A program made the position numbers and the translations under genes. The notes beneath the pieces are model-generated. The model did no database searches and was not told the origin of the DNA. It worked only from the letters and a program-made list of their open reading frames with translations. A DNA stretch of 64,000 nucleotides from the sequence record NC_049851.1. One strand, written 5' to 3'. Shown here in pieces: positions 28,255 through 35,060 of the stretch; within the stretch, counting starts at the first letter, position 1; the number at the start of each line of letters is the position of its first letter.

Positions 28255-28331
28255 GTCAAACCCTGTTGGTGCGTTGAAAGTGATACCAGTATAGGGGCGG
28301 CGGGCCGCCCCGTCAACAGTATCCGATTAAT

Positions 28332-28676
28332 TTAGTCGGGTTTGTCGTCCTGCACTTGTGCGCCCGGCCGCGCCAGCTTTTCCAGCTTGGCAAGCAACGA
28401 AACAGCGTCCTTAACGTAGCAGGTGCACGCGGGCCGCTTCGCCTCATACTCTGCTACTGCCTGAGCATGCGCCGCCCGGTCTCCGTCCTTAACACGGCCG
28501 CCCGGCCCCCGCTTAGGGCCGCCCCCGAAAATCTGTTGAGCGTGTCTGTTGTGAACGGCAACCGCGCAGCTATAGGCGTGCATCGGATGCCGGATGAGGG
28601 GCCCGAAAATCGCGAGCACGTCCCGCGCTAAATCGGCTTGCCCGTCGTCGTATGCTTGATTGTATGCGTCCTGCAT
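28332..28676 (-). CDS. hypothetical protein
   Basis: GAGGGG RBS. Confidence 0.7.
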   Translation of the reverse strand: MQDAYNQAYDDGQADLARDVLAIFGPLIRHPMHAYSCAVAVHNRHAQQIFGGGPKRGPGGRVKDGDRAAHAQAVAEYEAKRPACTCYVKDAVSLLAKLEKLARPGAQVQDDKPD

Positions 28677-28687
28677 GGTGTTTCCCC

Positions 28688-28912
28688 TCAGTGATCGCGT
28701 TTAACGCTAGTGACGTTGCCGTTATGCTTGCGCACTTCCCAATTGATGCCGTAGTGGCTGAACCCGGTAACACGGTGCGCGCCCGCGTATCGGCCTTCCG
28801 CCACGTCGAACGAATGATCTTTCGTGATCGTGCCGTAACGCCTGCATTCGGCCGCTACCTCGTCAAGACTGCCTGCCTTGAATGCCGTGATGAGTTCTGC
28901 TTTGGTCAACAT
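28688..28912 (-). CDS. hypothetical protein
   Basis: first ORF after promoter 28968. Confidence 0.7.
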   Translation of the reverse strand: MLTKAELITAFKAGSLDEVAAECRRYGTITKDHSFDVAEGRYAGAHRVTGFSHYGINWEVRKHNGNVTSVKRDH

Positions 28913-28999
28913 GGTTTGTCGTTCGGTTCGTTAGAGTGACGCCATTGTATAGGGCAAGTGGGCGCGCGTGCAATACCCCTAAAAAGTTTTTGGTTTTTG

Positions 29000-29027
29000 T
29001 TGACGCGGCCGGGGAAGCGTGTAGAAT
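29000..29027 (+). promoter_or_regulatory. sigma70 promoter (rightward 1)
   Basis: TTGACG-N16-TAGAAT; shares a box with leftward promoter 28968. Confidence 0.7.
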
Positions 29028-29128
29028 GGGAACCGGTGAGCAACACGGGCAAACGCAGCCGCGACGCGGTGGGGAACCCGGAGCCCGGCCCCTGCCCGGT
29101 CGCGCAAACGTTTGCGCCGGGTGTCCGG

Positions 29129-29185
29129 AGTACCCGACAAAAACGCTAGGGTACTATTGACGCGACCGCGAATAGGGCGCACAAT
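29129..29185 (+). promoter_or_regulatory. 27-bp box plus sigma70 promoter (rightward 2)
   Basis: AGTACCC-N13-GGGTACT, then TTGACG-N17-CACAAT. Confidence 0.75.
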
Positions 29186-29260
29186 TCGATTCATGGTGAA
29201 CGCGACGCGGACACCGAACCCGGCCGATTCGGCCAATGTCGAAAAAAGTGAAAAAACTTG

Positions 29261-29289
29261 TTGACATGCTGCAAATCCGGGTTCATAAT
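29261..29289 (+). promoter_or_regulatory. sigma70 promoter (rightward 3)
   Basis: TTGACA-N17-CATAAT with an A-rich UP region. Confidence 0.75.
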
Positions 29290-29376
29290 GCTTTCCATGG
29301 TGACGCGACAGCGACGCCCCAGCCCCGGACACGGGGTCATCCCGGGGCCCGCGACAGCGACACCCGCGAAAATCGC

Positions 29377-29405
29377 TTGACGTGCAGGGCCGGGGCCGCT
29401 ATAGT
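29377..29405 (+). promoter_or_regulatory. sigma70 promoter (rightward 4)
   Basis: TTGACG-N17-TATAGT. Confidence 0.7.
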
Positions 29406-29565
29406 GGCGTCACTGGGCCGAAACGGCTCAGGGCAGGGCGGGGGCCTATCCCGTCTGACGCACTGGAGCCCGTATTGACGATCAAGCACACGACCGCGCA
29501 CAGCAGCACCAGCACGACCGTAGCACCCAGCGTCACCCGCGCTCGCGTCTTCTAACGCGACACAT

Positions 29566-29607
29566 AGCCTCCCCACGCCCTGAATAAGGGATAGGGAGGC
29601 TTTTCTT
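29566..29607 (+). terminator. intrinsic terminator candidate
   Basis: AGCCTCCC...GGGAGGCT followed by TTTCTT. Confidence 0.55.
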
Positions 29608-29707
29608 CGTCCATTTCCCCTTGACATCAAGTTGCTCAATTTTTAGGCAGTCCGAAAATCCCGGCAGGGCAGGGGAGGGCGCTTGCCCAGAAAACCGCCC
29701 TTCCCCA

Positions 29708-30099
29708 CAAAAACTTTTGAGGATTCCGAAATTCTTTCGAAGCACCCTTCCACAAGTTTTTCCTCGGGCAAAAAGTTTCGAAGCCAGTCAAAAACTTTGA
29801 CCTCTAAAGCAAAAATAAAAAAGTTTGGACGCATTCAAAGGTTTTGTCAAAAGATTTTGGCGAAATAAAAAGATTTTAGAGAAGCCCATCTAAAAAGTTT
29901 CAAACTACCAAAATCTTTTGAGTTGCCTCAAAACTTTAAATTTCCCACCTAAAGATTTTCAGTCCGCATCAAAAACTTTTGACGGATTTCAAAAACTTCA
30001 ATACGCAGTCAAAATCTTTGGAACGCACCAAAAACTTTTGACGAGTTCAAAAACTTTTGACCGCACCGGTAAGTTTTACCTGTCTCAAAAAGTTTTTGG
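29708..30099. repeat. array of about 20 quasi-palindromic A/T-tract repeats (CAAAAACTTTTGA consensus), period about 20 bp
   Basis: copies start near 29708, 29727, 29751, 29769, 29789, 29817, 29836, 29848, 29866, 29891, 29909, 29929, 29950, 29970, 29990, 30010, 30029, 30048, 30070, 30086. Confidence 0.85.
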
Positions 30100-30203
30100 T
30101 GGCGGCGAAATAATTCGTAACACACTGTTACAATATTTTCGTTGGTACAAATATTTTTCCATGCTATAGTACGCGCACACCAACGGAAATAGGCGTACGA
30201 ATC

Positions 30204-31175
30204 ATGAGCGGTATATACAAGATAAGCTTCAACGGCAACAACAAGCGCGACTGCTACATAGGGCAGGCGCAGGATTTCACTGCGCGTATGTACAACCACA
30301 GGCACCATCTACGCCGGGGGACTCACTTTGCACCCAAGCTACAGCGGGCTTACGACGAGAACGGGCACGAGAACATGCGCGTCGAGATTCTTGAGTTGTG
30401 CGAAGTAGAAGTACTCACCCAGCGCGAGCAGCATTATCTTGATACCATTAAGCCGCGCTACAACCCCACGCTGATTGCATCAGAACCTCCCATGCGCGGA
30501 AAAGCGCATAGCGACGACGCTAAGCAAAGAATCAGCGACGCGGTGCGGAAGTTCAGCCACAAGCAAGAACTGGCGATTGTCAGCAGTCACATAGGGCTTG
30601 GATTCAGCACTACAACCATCGCACTTCAGTTCGGCTGCTCAGAGCCTACAATACGCACAATCCTGCGCAAGCACGGAATCGATACGGGGGCGTCTCGCAG
30701 GCCCAAAGGTAGAGCTAAGAAGGCAGGCCGTAAGGTCAAATTTGACGCGGCTCAGGAGCAGGCCATCGCGCGCAGCTACCAGTCGGGTAAAAGCACTGCT
30801 GAGGTGGCTCAAGAATTTGGCTGCTCCCAACCTACGGTGGTGAAGATGCTGGATAAACTAGGCATTGAGCGCAGGCGTGGCCAGTTCAACGAAACCGAAC
30901 AACAGGACATCGTTCGCCAGTACAAGAATGGCAAGACCACAGAGGACATTGCCGCACAGTATGGATGCAATCACTCCACCATCGGGGACGAGTTGCGCCG
31001 GGCTGGCGTCGAGTTGCGAGGCCGAGGCCGCAAGCGTTTGCTCACGGATAAGCAAGAACGTCAAGCCCTTGCGCTTCGTGACAAAGGCAGGTCAGTCAGT
31101 GAAGTGGCGGCCAAGTTTGGATGCAGTCCGCAGGCGATGCGCAACATACTCAACAAACACCGGGAGTCAGCATGA
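30204..31175 (+). CDS. GIY-YIG endonuclease with a NUMOD3-like linker and four tandem HTH repeats
   Basis: SGIYKI...CYIGQA...R...EQHYLDTIKPRYN; PMRGKAHSDDAKQRIS linker; four repeats of the type E-x2-I-x3-Y-x2-G-x-(S/T)-x3-IA-x2-FGC. Confidence 0.85.
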   Translation: MSGIYKISFNGNNKRDCYIGQAQDFTARMYNHRHHLRRGTHFAPKLQRAYDENGHENMRVEILELCEVEVLTQREQHYLDTIKPRYNPTLIASEPPMRGKAHSDDAKQRISDAVRKFSHKQELAIVSSHIGLGFSTTTIALQFGCSEPTIRTILRKHGIDTGASRRPKGRAKKAGRKVKFDAAQEQAIARSYQSGKSTAEVAQEFGCSQPTVVKMLDKLGIERRRGQFNETEQQDIVRQYKNGKTTEDIAAQYGCNHSTIGDELRRAGVELRGRGRKRLLTDKQERQALALRDKGRSVSEVAAKFGCSPQAMRNILNKHRESA

Positions 31176-31471
31176 ACGTTATCATCCACGATCAAGATTT
31201 TCTTGACTACCCGATCATGGTAGTCGACACCGAGCTTCTGGAGAACACGCTGGACCCCGAGACCACGGCGTTCGAGCGCGCGCAGGAGGCGCTGGCGCGC
31301 ACGGAGGTGGTGCTACTCGTCAAGCCCGAGCACATAGGACGCGTGTTGTCCAAAGTCCACAAACATGTGACAGCCGTCCACAACACGGTACAGCTTGAGG
31401 GAGACACGGAAGCCCGGCTCCAGCGCGCGCTGGCCTCGGTGGGGCTCGATCTCCATAGCTCCACCTACTGA
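31172..31471 (+). CDS. hypothetical protein
   Basis: ATGA overlap with the endonuclease; GGGAG RBS. Confidence 0.7.
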   Translation: MNVIIHDQDFLDYPIMVVDTELLENTLDPETTAFERAQEALARTEVVLLVKPEHIGRVLSKVHKHVTAVHNTVQLEGDTEARLQRALASVGLDLHSSTY

Positions 31472-31483
31472 CCATTGCACCAA

Positions 31484-31566
31484 AAGAAAAACCCCACACG
31501 CCTTTTGGTATGTGGGGTTTATTTTAGTCCGCGCAAAACAAAAAACCGAGCGCCGGGCCCGGTTCT
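31484..31566. terminator. two hairpin terminators between convergent gene blocks
   Basis: AACCCCACA...TGTGGGGTT and AACCG...CGGTT hairpins with A/T tails. Confidence 0.6.
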
Positions 31567-31569
31567 TGA

Positions 31570-31662
31570 TCAGTGCATGGACACCCATCTGATGACCATG
31601 ACCGCGACTACTGCGCACGCTACTGCTACTACTGCCAGAATGTCGTCGACGCGGGGCGGCAT
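31570..31662 (-). CDS. small membrane peptide (30 aa, MPPRVDDILAVVAVACAVVAVMVIRWVSMH)
   Basis: read by hand; one hydrophobic helix; starts 2 nt after the previous stop. Confidence 0.45.
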   Translation of the reverse strand: MPPRVDDILAVVAVACAVVAVMVIRWVSMH

Positions 31663-31664
31663 GT

Positions 31665-31994
31665 TCAGTGCCGGTCGAAGAACACGGGGTCCGTACAACC
31701 CTCTTCCAGCTTCTGTGCCACGTAGGCTTTGCCACGCCGCGTTGCCCCCACCACCTCCATGTTCTTGACTGCACCCTCCTGCACCAATTCGCGTGCGATG
31801 CGGGCCACGGAACCCACGTCTCCGGCTGTCGCCACCACCATGCGCACTTGAAGCGGCACGGGCCGGAAGGGCGACGAGTACGGCAGATCGACGTTTCCGA
31901 CGATCAGATAGTTGACGATGTGGTCGCGGTAGTTCGTGCCCTTATAGACCGTGCCGTCGCGGCCCACTCCGTCAAAACGGTTGCTGATCAACAT
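31665..31994 (-). CDS. hypothetical protein
   Basis: GGAG RBS; own sigma70 promoter. Confidence 0.75.
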   Translation of the reverse strand: MLISNRFDGVGRDGTVYKGTNYRDHIVNYLIVGNVDLPYSSPFRPVPLQVRMVVATAGDVGSVARIARELVQEGAVKNMEVVGATRRGKAYVAQKLEEGCTDPVFFDRH

Positions 31995-32034
31995 GCTGCT
32001 CTCCTTCTCTATTCTCAGGTGAATGGTAGCCAGA

Positions 32035-32063
32035 ATACTAACGTATTTACTACATCACGTCAA
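32035..32063 (-). promoter_or_regulatory. sigma70 promoter without the 27-bp box
   Basis: TTGACG-N17-TAGTAT. Confidence 0.6.
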
Positions 32064-32072
32064 CGCCAAAAT

Positions 32073-32107
32073 AAAACCCCGGGAAGCCGAAGCCGCCCGG
32101 GGTTTTT
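32073..32107. terminator. bidirectional intrinsic terminator
   Basis: AAAACCCCGGG...CCCGGGGTTTT. Confidence 0.75.
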
Positions 32108-32453
32108 ATCTACTACTCGTCTCGATCAACCGCGCGGACGAATGTCCTGCGGTGACAAGCTGCGTCCGTGAATGGGTCGACGGTCGCTACGGACAATGCC
32201 CGCTTTCATACGTTCTCCAAGAGGTGAACAGAGTTCAGTTTGAAGAGAGCCCCACGCTCGTTCAGGAGTCGGAACAATCGGTTAAACGCCGATGTTCGTG
32301 AGCGTGCGTCCACGCTCTCCCGCGTTTCAGTGCCGTCAATAACGACCATGAACTCGAACAGCTTATGCATCATGATGGGGCCTCCGTGGTGTTTACATTC
32401 TGTACTCTTTGGGTGGTTGAGGGGAACTACTAACGAGTTGCAGTGTTACGCGC

Positions 32454-33194
32454 TCAGGCCGTCGCGTCTTCGTTGACCTGATCGATAACCATGCGCAGGT
32501 ACGCAGGGTCATACGAGTACAGTTGCTTCCAGTACTCGATGGCTTGCTGCTTGTCGGCGCGGCTGATGCCAGCCTGCACCATCTTGTCGGCAAACGACTT
32601 GGGGATCGGGGCACGCACGATGGACGCCACCATCTTGTTGTCGACGATGACCGCATTGTCCGATGCATGGCTCACGACCTGCACCTTCTCCGCGTTCGCG
32701 GCGATGGCAAAGCCGTAGTCCATGTCGCCCGACTGGCTGACGTAGGCCACGAATTCACCCGGAACAGCCGAGGCCGTCGTGATGTGGCGCAGGCCCGGAA
32801 CGTCGGTACGGCGCTTCGTGCTTGCCTGAATCAGTTCGCTCAGGTCTTCGTTGCCGTGGCGTGCCAGATACGTGCCACCCTTGCCGGTCTTCACTTCCCA
32901 GAGGCTGTCGTCAGCGTCCGAGGTCATGATGTTCGAGGAACCGACGACACGGTAGCTGGCGCGCAGTTCCTGCGGGTCGACGACGCGGACTTCGCGGTTC
33001 GCGCGCATGAAGCCCACGGCAACGCCTGCGCGGACTTCACGGAACGAGTCTTCGACCGGTGCGGCCTTGGCCTCGAACTTCTCGGTCAGCGACGCCCGCA
33101 GCGTCTCCTTGTTGAATTTGCCTGTGAACGCGATGACGACGCGCGCCAGCTTCGGGCTCACGAGATCGTAGTCGGTAATCGAAACGGTTTGCAT
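32454..33194 (-). CDS. putative virion structural protein
   Basis: 246 aa ORF in the tail/head block; AAGGA RBS. Confidence 0.7.
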   Translation of the reverse strand: MQTVSITDYDLVSPKLARVVIAFTGKFNKETLRASLTEKFEAKAAPVEDSFREVRAGVAVGFMRANREVRVVDPQELRASYRVVGSSNIMTSDADDSLWEVKTGKGGTYLARHGNEDLSELIQASTKRRTDVPGLRHITTASAVPGEFVAYVSQSGDMDYGFAIAANAEKVQVVSHASDNAVIVDNKMVASIVRAPIPKSFADKMVQAGISRADKQQAIEYWKQLYSYDPAYLRMVIDQVNEDATA

Positions 33195-33272
33195 GATGCT
33201 ATCCTTCTTGTGAAAGTATGGTGAGATTTTGCGAACCTCTTAGGAGTCCCGAAGAACTCACTGGGTATGCAA

Positions 33273-35003
33273 TTAAATTGCCTCTGGTGCCTTTTGCTGG
33301 GCTTCGTCCTGCTTAGCCACGGCCTCGATTGCTGCGTCCCACGCCTCTGCCGGAATGTCTCCGGAAGCTGCGTAGTCAGCCAGCGCTTCGATCAGGGAGT
33401 TGAGCGCTTCGACGTTCGACTCGGTGCCCGCACTCTTGTTCGTCAGCCCCTGACCTCCTTGGCCCGGGATGTCGATGTCGATTAGACGGAGCGCAGCGGT
33501 CACGGTAGCGGACTGGCGTGCGCCGTCGATTCCGAGTTCGTCGATCTCACGCTTCAGCAGTTCATGCCACTCTTGCTGTGACACGGGAACCCACTCGCAC
33601 TTGAAGTACCCCATCCCGGACTCTGCTTCGTCGAGACCCGCAAGTGCCGAGTGCGCTATTGTCCACAACCGCTCCGGGCCCAGATACTGTAGAGCCATGA
33701 AGAGAAGGGCACCTACAGGGCCCAGCTTCTCGATGGCTTCACGCATCGACGAGGATTGCAGCAGTTCGGCCATGATGCGGGCCGCTGTGTCTTGGCCACC
33801 AGACTGCTCGACTGCGGCACGGCGTAGCGCCGCGATCTTGCCGTTTGCGTCCGGCATATCGTGCATGATAGCCTTGGCCAGATTGCCTGAGTGTGCGCGC
33901 AGGTGGCCTGCGGCGTTTACACGGTCTTCGGAGCCGGGGGCGGTGCCGCCGTTGGCGATGAAGGCTTGTGCTTCACGCGCAAGCTTCGTCATTGCCACGC
34001 CTGCACGATCACCGCGTGGCGAGTACGGTGCGGAAGCGGGCCCGGGACCGTGCGTAGGCTTCGAACCAGCAGGGTGCGAAGGCGCGATATTGGGTGCTGG
34101 CTGAGCCGGACGCGGATTCTCGCGCTCGCGCTTCGTCTCCTTATCCTGCACGCCAACCCCGTGACCCTGACCGTACTCTTGCGCATACTTGCTCTTGGGG
34201 TGCTCCTTGACATACCGCTGTCGCATTTCCGGGGTCATGAATTCCCACCACTCGTCCTTCGGATCGTAGGTGTCCGAATGCTGGGAGTTCGGATGCGTCT
34301 CCGTGTACTTCTGACGCTGCTGCGGCGTCATGTTCCCCCACCAGTCCTCACCCTTGGCTGTGACCAGAAGGCGCGCTACCGCTTGCATATTCGTACTCCC
34401 ATTTTCGTCGTCGGTCTCCAGCCCGGAGCGAACGCGCGAGCGCTTTACGGGCTTACGCTTTGGCACACGCGGCTTGTAATCTGTCTTGGTGGTTTCGGCC
34501 AGCGCAAAGTCACTGCCGTAGGCGCGCTTGCGATCCTCGGCAGAGCGACGCTGCTCCGGCGTCAGCGATTTCCACTCCTTCTCCGGCATGTACACGTAGG
34601 TGCTCTTGTCCTTCCAGTAGCCATAAGGTGAGAACTGCTGCTTGGAGTTCAGCATAGCCTGCGTGTACTTGAACTTAACCTTACGCTTGGAGCCGTCTAT
34701 CAACTTGAACTCTGCACCGCTAGGCAGTCCGTTCTTGTTGTAGAAGACTCGCTTAGGAGTGCCACCCAAAGCCTCAACAAACCAGCCCCGTATCTTGGAG
34801 CTAAGTGTCTCCACGGCCACAGGGTCGAGTTCGTCGGACTCCAGTTCAACGTCACGCTCGTCAGGTTTAGCCCCGGGATGAAATCCCTGCGCGTACTTGG
34901 AATGTGGATGCTCCTTCAGGTATTCGCGCTTCTGAAAGTCAGATAGCGAATCGAACCACGTGGCAGACTCTACCAGCCGATGTTTCGCTGTGATAGTCGT
35001 CAT
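33273..35003 (-). CDS. putative virion/internal head protein with W-x3-T-P-x-Q...HP-x-SKY repeats
   Basis: 576 aa; internal repeats; position in the late block. Confidence 0.7.
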   Translation of the reverse strand: MTTITAKHRLVESATWFDSLSDFQKREYLKEHPHSKYAQGFHPGAKPDERDVELESDELDPVAVETLSSKIRGWFVEALGGTPKRVFYNKNGLPSGAEFKLIDGSKRKVKFKYTQAMLNSKQQFSPYGYWKDKSTYVYMPEKEWKSLTPEQRRSAEDRKRAYGSDFALAETTKTDYKPRVPKRKPVKRSRVRSGLETDDENGSTNMQAVARLLVTAKGEDWWGNMTPQQRQKYTETHPNSQHSDTYDPKDEWWEFMTPEMRQRYVKEHPKSKYAQEYGQGHGVGVQDKETKRERENPRPAQPAPNIAPSHPAGSKPTHGPGPASAPYSPRGDRAGVAMTKLAREAQAFIANGGTAPGSEDRVNAAGHLRAHSGNLAKAIMHDMPDANGKIAALRRAAVEQSGGQDTAARIMAELLQSSSMREAIEKLGPVGALLFMALQYLGPERLWTIAHSALAGLDEAESGMGYFKCEWVPVSQQEWHELLKREIDELGIDGARQSATVTAALRLIDIDIPGQGGQGLTNKSAGTESNVEALNSLIEALADYAASGDIPAEAWDAAIEAVAKQDEAQQKAPEAI

Positions 35004-35060
35004 TGTCTAATCCTTATGAAAAACAGGGCAATCTAATGCCCCGCTCCTTATTTACGAGGA

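Larger units (their letters stand above)
1980..29185 (-). repeat. dispersed family of about 33 promoter-plus-27-bp-palindrome elements
   Basis: -35 hexamers (minus strand) start at 1980, 3596, 4551, 5305, 5558, 5928, 7638, 8427, 9933, 10348, 11442, 12536, 13309, 13679, 14408, 15073, 15694, 16622, 17411, 18200, 19936, 20630, 21161, 22704, 23148, 23697, 24207, 24676, 25402, 26413, 27851, 28311, 28968. Plus-strand copies at 29000 and 29157. Most have a 17-bp spacer to TATACT/CATAAT/TACAAT/TAGAAT-type -10 boxes; 5558 and 10348 are degenerate. Confidence 0.9.

Noticed and set aside
1980-29185. Repeats as a CRISPR array
   Set aside because: The units are separated by 0.3-1.7 kb of protein-coding DNA, not 25-45-nt spacers. 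The repeats are degenerate, and no cas genes are present.
1980-29185. Resemblance of GTCAAC-A/T-ACCCC...GGGG to IS200/IS605 (IscB/TnpB, HEARO) ends
   Set aside because: There is no TnpA, TnpB or IscB ORF and no matching right ends. The fixed TTGAC-to-(-10) geometry is fully explained by sigma70 promoters.
1980-29185. Canonical integron attC sites
   Set aside because: The RYYYAAC/GTTRRRY cores are not matched (GTTGACR), there is no consistent extrahelical-base pattern, and no intI lies in the window. Kept only as an analogy.
29708-30099. A/T-tract array as a mini-CRISPR or coding repeat
   Set aside because: The linkers are only about 6-8 bp, and the overlapping ORFs (29918..30169, 30009..30308) lack an RBS and look like chance frames.
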